From Laetmonice hystrix (Eukaryota): 64,000 nt of DNA. Positions 34,712 through 47,390 of this stretch are shown piece by piece. Numbering within the stretch: the first letter of the stretch is position 1; every line of letters starts with the position of its first letter. The stretch spans positions 23,994,001 through 24,058,000 of the forward strand of contig OZ249447.1 of the NCBI GenBank assembly GCA_965235115.1, given 5' to 3'. Position numbers and translations under genes: made by a program. The notes beneath the pieces are model-generated. The model was not told the DNA's origin and did no database searches. It was given only the letters and a program-made list of their open reading frames with translations.

Positions 34712-34737
34712 TTCCTAGAAATTGTCATTTCTAGGAA
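34712..34737. promoter_or_regulatory. Paired TTCN3GAA (GAS/STAT-type) motifs in an 11-bp inverted repeat
   Basis: TTCCTAGAA-attgtcat-TTCTAGGAA, about 65 nt before a candidate donor CCG|GTAGGT (34801/34802). YY1-like CGCCATCT motifs flank it. Confidence 0.35.
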
Positions 34738-36032
34738 AATCAGGTCGCCATCTTTCAGAGGCCGGCAAGGAAAGCTATCTCCACAGGGTTTGCATATTCC
34801 GGTAGGTTAAGTCCAATCTATATTCTGTGAAATGTTTGAGAATCTTCAGAAAACTGCCATGATAATGATTGTGACTGAATCGGTGCCTTCCTCCAGGCAT
34901 GCACCTGTGTCTCCAGATCTCTCGGCAGTGATAGATTAGACTCTACTACACGGCTGGATCCCACAGTGTGCACTGACACACCTAGAATTACACTTCTCAG
35001 TTCTAGGGAACCAACGTCTTGGATCCCGCATCCTCATAAAATTTTAATTTCTGACCGCACATTATATTCCACTTTCACCGGATAAATTAATTATCATCCG
35101 TTCATGCGTTCACAGTGATATCTAGGCTATAGGCCTAATACCTTATAGGCAGATATATAATCTATATTTTGCGCAGTTTTCAGATATTTGCCTGTTTTAA
35201 TAGTTAGGCCTTATTGTTTATAGTCCTATAGGTAATATTATAAGAATACTGCGCCGGTATAGTCTCCAGTTCAGAAACAGATTGTCGACCAACGTTACTG
35301 CATGCTGCATACCCGCATGCTGGTATAGGCCATATATTACTTTGTCGACTAGGCCTACATTGTTAAGCCTATTATTTTCCAAATTTAACATATAGGCCTA
35401 CTCTCGTAACCAAAAGAAAACATCTCGATCCCCTGCTTAGCCTATATCACGGGATAAGCCATACGTAAACAATATCTAGGCTATACAATATAGAGATAAA
35501 AAAAATCCATTTAAAGTTCTATACTACGTGTGTTATGTGTGGTCCAATGTCTTTCTACAGCAGAGACCAAACAGTTTGAGACCCACATAGTATCAGATGA
35601 CCTTCTTACAAGGTCTGGCGTTCCTCCGACCTACTCGGACTCGGCCTACTCCCGGCAGATGCCGACAGTCGATGGCCGCTCACTGCCAGGAATGTCCCAG
35701 TAGCCATGGCTGCCGCCGACACGACCAATCAGTGAGCACGGGCTGCCTGGGGTGGATCGAGCGGTCGGGGGTCGGAAGGCATGCAGCAGGCAGGGTGGTA
35801 CGTGTCTGTGCCCCGCTGTGGTCGGGATGTGACTCACCACGGCTGACAGACACGTGCGTGCACGTGTGGCCGCGTGCCCCGCCACCGGAGACATGGCAAG
35901 GGAGATGGGGCGAATAAAGGCCTGAACCCACCGTTGCGTTTTATCTGGCGGAGTATAGATTTATACTGGACTCACTGCATCTCCGGCACGCCAAGCGGGA
36001 AAACGCGCGGGAAAACGCGGCATGTGGGTCCA

Positions 36033-36296
36033 GGGTCCGGTTTTTTGGTTTACTTTTCCACCGTGAGCAAGGGTGCTGAGCTGAGCAAGGGTGAATATGA
36101 GCTCATTCTCACCGTTTTCGTGCTTTTTTGGTTGCTTTTTTTCCATGAAGCGTGCTCATGGCAAGCAAGCTCGCGGAAAAACACCCCAAAAAACAAAACC
36201 AGTGAGCAAAACGGTGAGCATGAGCTTCTGCTCACCCTTGCTCAGCTCAGCTCACGCTTGCTCACAGTGGAAAAGTAAACAAAAAAAACTGGGCCC
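36033..36296. mobile_element. Foldback MITE with long inverted arms
   Basis: GTTTACTTTTCCACCGTGAGCAAG...CTGAGCTGAGCAAGGGTGA pairs with TCACCCTTGCTCAGCTCAG...CTTGCTCACAGTGGAAAAGTAAAC. Confidence 0.7.
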
Positions 36297-37506
36297 AGGC
36301 CTTCAGGCGTAGCTCAGGCGTTTCGGTTTGTGTCAATGGACACGTAGGCCTATATTTATTGTAACCTGGAATGTATGTTCTCTGATGTTGACAGAGAGAC
36401 ATAAAACCATAAATTATGTCGATGCTTCCAAAATTAGGGCCCGATTCCACGACATGTGCTTACAGTCATGTCCTTATTAAATTCCCCGTGGACAGGGAAC
36501 ATGTTTGTCCTGCTCATGTGCAGATCATCCCACCTCTAGCCCAGCATGCCCACAACTGGCCTATATATTGCAGGTCTTCGAATCCACCAGGAAAACTAAA
36601 TCGTTCTCAAACAAGTGTCCATTGTTAAAGTAGTCGCTCTTTAAGAGATGATAGGCCTAAATTCACTTGACACGTTTCCACAGTCATATGCCCGTTGATC
36701 GGTCTTTATGATGACGTATAGCTGGGAGGCAGGGTCGTGAATATGCTAAAAGGTCTTTTTGTATTGACCGCTCGCTGAGCTTTTAACGACTCCTGAGCGT
36801 ATAATTCTCTTTTCTACTGATGTCCTTCCATGATGACCATAGTGAGTGCGACAGGATTAGTAAGCAATAGGTGGGCGTTGTATAGTTCAGAGTAATACAC
36901 TGACTAAGGAATGCACACATGGTTTGCCGTTGGGGGTTGAAGGAGGCAGCATTGTATACCATTTCCTTGCATGCCTAAATACAACGGTCACGAGTCATTA
37001 CTTTGGTTAGCCTGGCTGTCAGGCCATCTGGCGGGTACACTTTTGTTATTACAAAGATCACAGACGGCAAGGACCTGTTGAAAGTCCTTTAACTTTCTCT
37101 ATATATAGCCTGGCCATCGGCTTGTTCCGGCTGGCCGCCGTCGTTGCAGTTATAGAGTAACGAGAAAGTATAGGGCAACATCTGCTCAAGGCATAGATCT
37201 AATCCTATGTCCACTTGGCCTGTGCACTGCCGTATCATTCTATGCACGGACATATAGAGGGGCGTCATGGGGGAATTATTGTGTAAACTTCTAGGCCTAT
37301 AGCCTGCACAATGCTCAACGAATTAATGAACCATTCCCATTCATTGATTATTTCACTAATTTAACTGGGGTTATCTCCACCCTCCACTGTTTAATGATAG
37401 ATCTCTATTGCTCTGATATTGTATCTTTATTCAGGTCCTTCGAACGATCAGCACCATCAACCTTTTCTCAACCCCATTCTATCAACCCGGCATCTGCAGC
37501 ACCAAC

Positions 37507-38782
37507 ATGGCCTGCCTCTGCTGCCTAGAAAAATGCCTCCCACTCGAAGAGGAGAATATCAAGGAAGACCCTTTAGTTGACCTTGAGAAAGCAATCCTCA
37601 AGGTCGCCTGGGACTGCCTCTTGGCCGATCCCCCTGAACAACTTTCCTGGCGGGAACGACTGTGCCCCTTACGTAAAGTCCTCCGGCTAGAAGTAGATAA
37701 ATCATTCCTTGGGTTCGAGCCAAAAGAAATGAAGCTCTTTCCCCAGAACGCCGATCTTCCGGCTACGACGGCGGGACAGACGACTGTGCTCTTTAAAAGC
37801 CATTACCGTAACGACACGGATTCCGTGCAGCACTACTCGTTCAAGACGGAGCGAACGACCAAGTCGTCGGTGGAACTGTCCCTGCAGCGAGGGTTTACCG
37901 TCGGACAGACGCTCGAGGTCGACCTCAAGATACCCAGCGGGGTGCCCGGCTGTGACGTCTCCGGCAAGCTGGGCGGACAGCTCCAGTGGTCATTCCAGCG
38001 TGGCAAGGTTTGCCAAGTTTTAACCTGGACACAAGTGGAAGCGAGGCGGGGGGGGGGGGGTGTTAAAACAAACTATTTATTTACACTCTGCATTATTTAA
38101 GTGTAATAACAGACATATTGACCTATATTTACTTATATATAGATCTATATGTATAATTCTGCAAGTCATCAAGAAAGAGCTCTAACTAAGTCTAACTAGC
38201 CTAGAAAGAGCCAATTAAAGTTAAATCACGTGAAAAGACGCCTTTTCTATCAAAAAGACCCTATCGATTTGCTAATAACCTGGTCCCCCACATGATCTAC
38301 ATTGTCATTCAAATACATTGTAGCCTGTATTTGCTATTGCCGTCTAGATCACCCGCCAGGAGGACCAGGTCATGTGGTCTGTGGACAACCAGGTGGCGGT
38401 AGCCCCCGGGAAGACGGGCGAGGCCCGCCTCAAGGTGAGGGAGTGCCGATGGAAGGCCGACTTCAAGCTGCCGTGTACCATCCGCCCCCGGACCGACGAC
38501 CACAAGATTCCGGTGTTTGTTCGGCGCCGCCGCTCGGGTGACCTTGTCAAGGTCTTTGACGTCTCGTGCTATGACGTAGTGGCGGAATGCGGAGACCACA
38601 TCCGATTGGACGAGCACGACGACGGCGCCATCACGTGTGATCTGCAGGGGGTATGTCACGTGGTGTGCGCCGTAGAACAGGAGGTGTGGTTGCGGGAGGC
38701 CACTCTGCTGCCTCCAGAGGCGGCTATCGAACCACCTATCGTCATCCCTGTGGATGGCCTGGTCAAGGACAAAGGCTCTTAA
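37507..38782 (+). CDS. Aerolysin/ETX-MTX2-like beta-pore-forming protein, paralog 1 (311 aa)
   Basis: Exons 37507-38007 and 38348-38782 (phase 0). Motifs: LFKSHYRNDTDSVQHYSFKTERTTKSS, an alternating amphipathic hairpin GFTVGQTLEVDLKIP...GGQLQWSF, and WSVDNQVAVAPGKT. A 5'UTR acceptor lies at 37434/37435. Confidence 0.75.
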
Positions 38783-40569
38783 CGCAAAAATACTGACTGG
38801 GTGGGGGTGGGGTGGCTGGGATGGGAATCTAAGGGTTGGCAATGATGTGTTGGGTTTCGCTTCGTGTGACGGTTTGCCGTCTCTGGAGCTAGAAGAAACC
38901 ATAGGCTACACACAACCCCCACCCTATCCCATCCTTCCCCTGCCCATCCTATCCCATCCTTCCCCGCCCCATTCTTCCCGACCCACATTACCTCTGCCCC
39001 GTCACACCCTATAGTCAAACGCAGCGAAAGGCTGAGACGGTGCTGACTCTGAGCGGGTATGGGAGTGCATGGTCAGACAGACTTCGTGCTATTGTTTTCT
39101 GCAGCATATTTTTCATGCCTGGTGTAGGCTTATCCACAGATCACGCGTACATTTCTGTGGAAAGCAATAATTAATACGCCACCACAATCGTGAAATAGTT
39201 TGCCTTTATTAACCAACTAGGAGAAGCTAATAACTAAAGTGGCCACTTACAGATAATGTCACCCGGTTAGCTTTATCGGTAGAAAAAGATACTGAACGTC
39301 ACTGAGATTGATAGCGGTACAATGGTGACGTAAATATTAGAGGGTGAGGGTGTGTGGGTTTTAAAAGTTTCCACTGAGATGTTGATTGGGAGCGTGAATT
39401 GGTCGAGACAATGTAAAGGAATTTGAACGAGCTGTTACTGCAGGGTATCAGCGTCAGCGTCACTTTTGTAGTGTCCAGATGCTCTGATTGGTTAATGCAA
39501 AACACACAGGTCGGGTGGGGATTGTGGTGGCTACTAAAATTTCCAATCGACTCGTGATGTACATTGTGTTTATGTATAGTTTCAACAGTTGAACCTATAC
39601 AGTGTGTGCTTGAACTGAATAACTATTTATTTATTATAACATGAAGAAGCCAAGATGGAGCTAAAGTCAGGCATTGGGACTGATGTGCAATACTTATACA
39701 TTTATATCAATTGTAAAGGTTCAATGTAGAGGATTATTGCTTGTGTGATCTGCATGTCTCATATATTGTATTGTAAGAATAAAGAAATACATGTAGGTCT
39801 TTAAATTATTGCATTGATGTAAAGTTAAGCCAAGGCTATACCTTGATTTAAATAAAATATATTTACTTTGCCATCTTCTCTAGTCCTATTTTCAGTCTAT
39901 TGAACTTAAAACTTGTAATTGTGAAACTCGAATTCTGTACTTCTAGATCTGCGTGTCACTGTGTATCGGTTTAAAAGAATAGTACCATGGTTTAACTGTC
40001 TGAATATTTCACAAAACATGTCCAAAACTCCAGCCAACTGTATTTTTCAAATCAAAATCTTGTATTGGCCCAAATCTTTTTCGAGCTGTCCTTTAAATTA
40101 AGTTCTAAAAAGTACAATAATTATATTTCTCGTATGCTGTGCTAAGGGAGAAGATTGCCAAGATGATCATAGTGGCTACAAGAACTGCGCTGTCCTTAGA
40201 CTGAGTCAATTTACCGGATATATGGCTTGTTTGTGTATGTTCGTACTTGCCTTTCCCTACCTGAAATATAACTAAGTCTAGAATTTCTCTAAGTCCATGC
40301 ATAATATTTCAGTCTAGCATGTGCAGTCTAGCAAATGTAAAATAGTAATTTCCGTCAAATCGATTTTAAACATAAAAAACACCATATAAAAACCATCATA
40401 TAAAACACTGACCCCCTAGCTCTCCTCACAGACTACTAAACCATATTAACATTAATCGGTGATTGATTTCCTCTAGGATATATACTTGTCTCCAACCCAC
40501 ACTCATCCACTTCACACTTCATCATGATTACTCACCTTAGAAATCGGTTGGTGTACCTAACCTTACAGG

Positions 40570-41955
40570 ATGGTGGATCTCAACGATGTACATCTAAAAT
40601 TGTGCTTAATGGAATCAGTAATCACTAAATTTGAGGATCTTGCAGCAGTCAAAGGGTTAAACATTGCACACCTAAACGTTAGAAGCCTTGTAGATAAAAT
40701 TGATCAACTACGGATACTACTAAGAAATGAACCGGTTGATATAATGTGCATATCGGAAACGTGGACCAATGACAACCACACAGCTGCCCTTTTGAATATA
40801 CCTGGTTACACTTTAAACTTGCAAAACCGGGCTCCCACTGACGTCAGAGGTAATGTTCAGAGGGGTGGTGGTGTTGGTGTTTATGTCAGATGTGATTCAT
40901 ATCTCACAGTGAACTCATTGGCGGACCTTCATGTGTGCGATGACGATATCGAATGTTTCTGGGTGGATATTATATACAAGTATTCTAGCTCTACAATTTA
41001 TAGACCCCCGGCAGGGTCTTCCAAACGATGTCTAGACGTTTTGCATGAAATACTCAATCGCATCCCGCAAAAAATGACATAATGTTGTTTGGCGATTTTA
41101 ATATTGACTACATGAAAAGCGATAGCAGTACAAAAAAAACTAAAGAACTTTGCGCGGGAAAAATCACTAAAGCAGATCATCAAAAAACCCACTCGAATCA
41201 CTCTCAGAACAAGTACAATTATAGATCTAATACAGAGTGGGACATTACCCTGTGGTATTAGTAACCATAGCATTATATTTGCTGTGAAAAAGAAAACGCC
41301 ACCCAAGCGTGAGAGTGCAACGTTTAAAGGCAGAAGTTATAGAAGTCTTGACACCAACAAATTACAAGCTGACCTTTCGGCCTTGAATTGGACGCCTTTC
41401 TATGAATCATCTGACCCTGCGACTTGTTGGGATATCATGCTAAATAATATATTAGGCGTTGCAGACCGTCAGTGCCCACTTAAGGAATTCAAAATAAAAA
41501 ATGTAAAATTACCTTGGATTAACAATGGCCTGGTCGAAATGGTAAATGACAGGGATAGTATGCAGAGAACATATGAACAGACAAAAGATCCCGCTGATTG
41601 GCATACTTATAAAAGACTGAGAAATGAGGTAATAACAGGGGTGCGCATTGCTAAACAGGACTTCACTATAGATAACCTAGAAACAAAATGCCGATGACCA
41701 TAAGAAATTCTGGAAACAAATAAATGAACTATTTCCTCGGTCTAACTCACATAGTACTATCCTTAAACTCGTTGATCAAAACGATAAAAGGGAAATTAAC
41801 AAGAATGAAACAGCTGACTATAATCACCTTCTTTGCAAATATTGGCCCTAATTTAGCGCGCTCCTTCAATGAACCATCGACGAGAGATATCACTAAATCA
41901 AACCTAGAACTACCGACCATGACTACTAATGAACTTGAAGTAAATAAGCTAGTTA
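40570..41955 (+). mobile_element. Degenerate CR1/L2-like LINE ORF2 fragment (AP endonuclease plus linker; RT absent)
   Basis: HLNVRSL, CISETW, RGGGVGVYV, IYRPP, a frameshifted GDFNIDY, KPTRIT..TIIDLI, LPWIN and KKFWKQI; multiple frameshifts. Confidence 0.85.
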
Positions 41956-42309
41956 AAGAGATTAGTATATAATATAATTTATATTATATAATGCTATCTC
42001 ATGTGACAGGATATTACTACGGACTACGTCCTGTTCGGTGCTGGTGTCCAAGGTCCCGGCCACCCACCCAAACTTGCCCCTTCCCGCACCCGTATATAGG
42101 CGCGTTTGGCTCCCAAACTTATTACCAAGAGATTAGTATATAATATAATTTATATTATATAATGCTATCTCATGTGACAGGATATTACTACGGACTACGT
42201 CCTGTTCGGTGCTGGTGTCCAAGGTCCCGGCCATCATCCCACCCACCCAAACTTGCCCCTTCCCGCCCCCGTATATATATAGGCGCGTTTGGCTCCCAAA
42301 CTTATTACC
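41956..42309. repeat. Tandem duplication of about 171 bp, two copies
   Basis: AAGAGATTAGTATATAATATAATTT...CCCAAACTTATTACC begins at 41956 and at 42127; the second copy has small insertions. Confidence 0.9.
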
Positions 42310-43376
42310 CTGTCAGACAGACCCATTGCTGTTGTCCAGCAATATCCTGGCAAAACAACCAAGGCCTTCAAAGACCGCCGCTGATCAGTTCCGGTAAGTA
42401 GCTATTCTGATTTTTGGCTCGACTCATCAGGTTTCCAAAATTCATGTCCAGTTTGCTGAAGTATAGGCGTGGGCTACGTTTCTGATAAATCCCCTCCCCC
42501 CCCGGATAATGCAGACGGTTTTGCAGGTTTTTGATTTATTACTTAGGCCTATATTGAATCCCCGACCCCCTCTCTCATGTATACGTTCGACCTCCACCTT
42601 TTATACAAATACATTGTTCTGGTTTATAGAACTACTTCTAATCAATACGCAAATATGTCTGGCCAAATATACACATTATATAGGGGCCTACATCTTGGCT
42701 GGTTCCGCATTCTCCAAGTCATACCAGGTGCGATCAGTCCCCTATCACAGCTGGATGGTAGAAGTCAATCACACTTACACTGCACATTACACAACATTGC
42801 ACATATCAGTGTACGAGCCTCATTAAGAAGACTGCTCCAGGTCCAGCAACACTTCATTGTGCGCCGAACAGCCACACAGCGTCCGAGCCTGGACATATCG
42901 TACACCCCTGTCACTTTCTGCCAGGCCGAAAACACGGCCAAAGGACAATAACATCAGTTTATACGGGACTTTCGCTGTACCTTGTTAATTAACATAATTA
43001 ACCCAACCCGGTACCCGCTGAGGTTACGTAACGTAGCGTCTGGTGTGGCAATGTGTTCTTGCCATTGTCAACTCCTGGGAAACATCCCTGAAATGAGACA
43101 AAGGACCCACGCTCGGCTGTAAAACGTCAGTCCAAATCGGCAACAGATGGCCCGTGGCGGAAACATGCCTGCAGGTGGTCCACTGTGAGGACAGGTGGGC
43201 CGTGCCAAAGCTAATCACATGTCTCCAAGCTAAGGGGGTTAAAAGGCCGAGGTCCAGGAATGTTGGGGTGAAACGACGGGTGAGGGTTGGCAGCAGATTA
43301 CGGGCGGTCACACCGACAGACAGTTTCTCCGCTTTCAGACGTGCGCTCAAAGAGTAAAGGTTGGTACGTTTCTGCA

Positions 43377-43577
43377 TATATATGAGCTCTAATGTATCCC
43401 TGAACGAAGGATAGGATATATATGAGCTCTAATGTATCCCTGAACGAAGGATAGGATATATATGAGCTCTAATGTATCCCTGAACGAAGGATAGGATATA
43501 TATGAGCTCTAATGTATCCCTGAACGAAGGATAGGATATATATATGAGCTCTAATGTATCCCTGAACGAAGGATAGG
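43377..43577. repeat. 40-bp minisatellite, 5 copies
   Basis: Unit TATGAGCTCTAATGTATCCCTGAACGAAGGATAGGATATA at 43381, 43421, 43461, 43501 and about 43543. Confidence 0.95.
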
Positions 43578-43615
43578 CAAATGTTCATCTGCATTAAGGT
43601 GAGGCAAAGTGAGAT

Positions 43616-43757
43616 TTAAGGGCCAGATCCACAGACCAATTTACCGCCGATTTTGCGATACGGCCGATTTTTCTCCATGGTTTTCCTCTGGAGAAAAATG
43701 GAAATCGGCCGTATCTCAAAATCGGCCGTAAATCGGTCTGTGGATCTGGGCCTTTAA
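43616..43757. mobile_element. Palindromic MITE flanked by TTAA
   Basis: TTAA-GGGCCAGATCCACAGACC...GGTCTGTGGATCTGGGCCT-TTAA. Confidence 0.7.
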
Positions 43758-43997
43758 GGCCGCGACACATATGCGACTTGTTGTCGGCCGTTCTGTCGGC
43801 GCATCTATCGCTTGACTTGTCGCAGCAACAGGAAAATATTCAACATGTTGAATATTTGTCGCTGCATTTGTCGGGCCAAGTTACGACAAGTCAAGCGACA
43901 GAATTCCTGGCGACAGCCAGGACACACTAGTCGGCAACAGAAGCGATAGCCGTCACTTGTGTTATCGGCTGAAAAAATCGCATAGGGTGTCGCGGCC
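43758..43997. mobile_element. MITE with GGCCGCGACAC TIRs (PIF/Harbinger-like), abutting the previous element
   Basis: GGCCGCGACAC...GTGTCGCGGCC with T/A-rich flanks and internal CGAC/GTCG subrepeats. Confidence 0.65.
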
Positions 43998-44440
43998 TTT
44001 ACTATTACAATACTCATCAAGGCAATGGATAATGGAGTGATTCTTTAAGTTAAAAGAAAGCTACAGGAAAAGTACCAAACATGGAGGAATCTGCATGTCC
44101 TGTGGGTAACAAACTTCCATCTATAAGATGGCCGTCAGAGACAGATTGGTTTCGGGGTTAGGCCTATAGGCAAGGCAGTCGCGGGACCGCACTCTTGCCC
44201 TCAGGGCATGGTTTCGAGGTGTAGCGGGGCACACATGCCGCTCCAACACTAATACTCACCTGCCACTTAAACTAGTAAATGAGGCATGTCTCATCTTCGG
44301 CACGTCTCATCTTCGGCATATAGTCTGCAGGTCTGCACTGTATACTATACATAGGAATTTACCGTTTTCTGTTTTGCCTTAATTTGTTATTAAATCAGTG
44401 CATCTTTTCGTTTTTAGGTACAATAGACTGTAGCATCAAC

Positions 44441-45978
44441 ATGGCTTGCTTCTCCTGCCTAGAGAAATGTTTACGGCCTCTAGATGTTGATCTCCGTGAA
44501 GATCCCATGGTTGACCTGGAGAAGGCGATCCGCACGGCGGCCTGGGAAATCCTGGACGCTGACCCCCCTAAAGCCCTAACATGGCGGGAACGGCTGAGCC
44601 GTAAACGTGGTATTCTCCGACTGGAGGTTGACAGATCCTACTTCTCAGTGGAACAATCAGGTGAGATGGAATTCCCTCCGGACCACCGCACGAAACCCGC
44701 CAACGGAACGACACCAGCACCACAAACTCTTCATAATGGAGACCCCGCAAATATTACCATTGATCAGACAGAAGAGACGGAACTACTTCCACAACAAGCC
44801 GAACTCCCTGATGCGCAGGTAACCGAGGAGACTGTAAGTCGTAAATTCGCTGACGTGGTGAAGGTGGTAGGAGGGCCGACCATACTATTCCAAAGCCGTT
44901 ACAAGAATGACACAGATTCCGTACAGCACTACTCGTTTAGGACAGAACGTTCAACCAAGTCATCCGTTCAGATATCACTTCAAAAAGGATTTACCTTGGG
45001 AGAAACACTGGAGCTTACCTTGGCTACACCTGACCTGAACCTGGGAAAGCTTGGAGGAGAATTGAAGTGGAGCTTCCAGCGGGGCAAGGTAGGAGATGAA
45101 CCCAAACTCTGACAAAAACATGTGTTTATAATATGTCACATTGTCGCTTGAAAATAACAAACGGCTACACCTGTTATATATAAATACATGTGGTATTATA
45201 ACAATCCCCATCAGCTCCGGCGTTCGTTCCTCTCAGAACGAACGCCGGGGCTGTTCGTATTGGCTCCCGATCTCCCACCCCCTACACAATTACCCGTTAA
45301 TTAATCCTGAATGCTAAAAATCAACCCTCGAGTGCCAAAGTATACAGCACATGTTCGAAGTTCCGCGGCTGCTCTTGCTTTGTGCGGACTTTTTTTTTTT
45401 TTTGGGGGGGGGGGGGGAGTCCTATTGGATCTGCCGCTGTGTCCTCCCCCCAACCTATAAGACGGGTTGTGATATTAGGGTTAATCGCTGGCTGTCTTAT
45501 TTAGGCCTATAATTTGTGATATAATGTTTATTTTATATCTTTTTGTCACTCATGTATTATTTCACTGCCCCTCCAGGTGACGACTCGCGAGGACAACGTC
45601 ACGTGGTCTGTCGACAACCAGATAGCCGTTCAGAAAAACAAGACAGGTGAAGCTTTTCTCCAAGTCACCGAGCGCCGCTGGCAGAACGAGTTCACTGTGC
45701 CCTGTACCGTCCGCCCCCGCACGTCTGACCACACCTTCCCTGTGTTCGTTCGCCGGAAGAAGTCCGGAGATCTAGTGAAAGTCGTCCATGTTACCTGTTC
45801 GAGCGTTGCCCAAAAATGCGGCGACCACATCAAAGCGAATGCAGCAGACGACATGATCACGTGTAAAGTTCGCGGGTTTGTCCGCGTGGTGTCAGCAGTG
45901 GAGCAGGAGGTACGCCTCAAGGAGGCCAACATGGTGCCCCCCGAGACGACACCTAGCGAGAGCGAGCGGCACCAGTGA
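44441..45978 (+). CDS. Aerolysin/ETX-MTX2-like beta-pore-forming protein, paralog 2 (349 aa)
   Basis: Exons 44441-45088 and 45577-45978, with the same phase-0 intron after FQRGK as paralog 1. It shares NDTDSVQHYSF.TER.TKSSV, WSVDNQ and VFVRR..SGDLVKV. A 5'UTR acceptor lies at 44417/44418 and a candidate non-coding exon ends at 42393 (CCG|GTAAGT). Confidence 0.75.
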
Positions 45979-47224
45979 TGGGGTTCAGATTGTGTCAACT
46001 TATCGTGCACAAACATTGCGAGTGGTGAAAGGGACTGAGCACATACCCCCACCGGCTATCCCAGTCTAGCAACTCGTCTCATGTCACTGACGTTGATTCC
46101 GCCTATACCATGCCCTAACCTTGCCGTTGTGGCCATGGTTACATAGATTGGAGCCCATATCAAACAATATAACAAATAATAGAAACAAAAGTTATAGGAC
46201 CCTTAACATTGAAATACTAATCATGCAAGATTTCTCACCATATGGAATGGATGCTGTTTATGTCTGAGGGCCATAACAATAAAAAAAAAATTTTAATTTT
46301 CAACTGTATTTTCCTCGATTTACTGAATTTTATGTATGGGGTAGCTTTCGTAATTGTAATGGCCAGTAAGCATTACAACAAAATCTTGGGCCAACGTTTT
46401 CTATGCCAAAAACGATAGAAATGTTCCGTCTGTACAATATCTCCAGATGAAGCAGATAGCCTTTACAACTTAAAATGTATACAAATTAATGTCTGAAGTG
46501 AGAACTGACAACAAACTAGTAAAAAACGTCAAAGGTAAATTCTAACGATGAAACTCATCATAACACTCCCTTAAGGTTACCGCCTCATACGTACCGCGAT
46601 CTAACGGACCTGTATTCTGTTCCGGCCGACGGGGAATGCCTCAATATCCTTTCAAAACGGAGAAGAATCACATCAGAAGTAAATACGACTTTATTCCCAC
46701 TGCTTACACAGACGATCAGTCTTCCATGAAGCGACTTCTGAACCCAGTTCCAATATCCCCAGAGAGAAAGATTAAACCGCTTCCCCTTGCCATCCCAATA
46801 TTCAATCCTCAGTTACACCAGGCACATCAAACTAAACGGGCGTCCTGAGTACGAAATGACGTCACAAGTACCACAGACCTGGAGGGGAAGATACCAACCT
46901 GTATCTGGAGTGTGGGAGACAAAAACAACACAGTTTTATTTTCTTGACACATAATTCATTCTTCCCCATAATAATGTAAGGCGATGCAAACCTGGCAGTT
47001 AAATTTCAGTTGTATGCCCCTCCACTGTGCTGTAACGGATCAGGCAGTCACACTCCTGCATACAATAGTACTTTATAATACAAGGTGTACATAGTTTCAA
47101 GGATTACTCTGAAACAACATTCGCCCAGTTGCTATTACACAAACAAATTATAAATCCAACTTACATGCATTTCGTGGCATACAAAAAGGCTGTACATGAG
47201 TGTAAGCTTAGTCTGAAGGCTCAA

Positions 47225-47390
47225 GGCCGCCGCACACGACGAACATTTGTGCGCGAACATTTGTCCCCGAACAAAAATCCGCTCGTGTGCGGTGATCAAA
47301 ATGCCGAGCGAACAATTGTTCGTCAGTATTTAACATGTTGAATACCGACGAACAATGTTCGCGCACAAATGTTCGTCGTGTGCGGCGGCC
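47225..47390. mobile_element. MITE with about 37-bp perfect TIRs (PIF/Harbinger-like)
   Basis: GGCCGCCGCACACGACGAACATTTGTGCGCGAACATT at the left and its exact reverse complement at the right; AA/TT flanks. Confidence 0.75.

Noticed and set aside
35597-36312. Overlapping GC-rich ORFs on both strands
   Set aside because: Produced by GC content and a foldback MITE; no splice-consistent or homologous product recognised.
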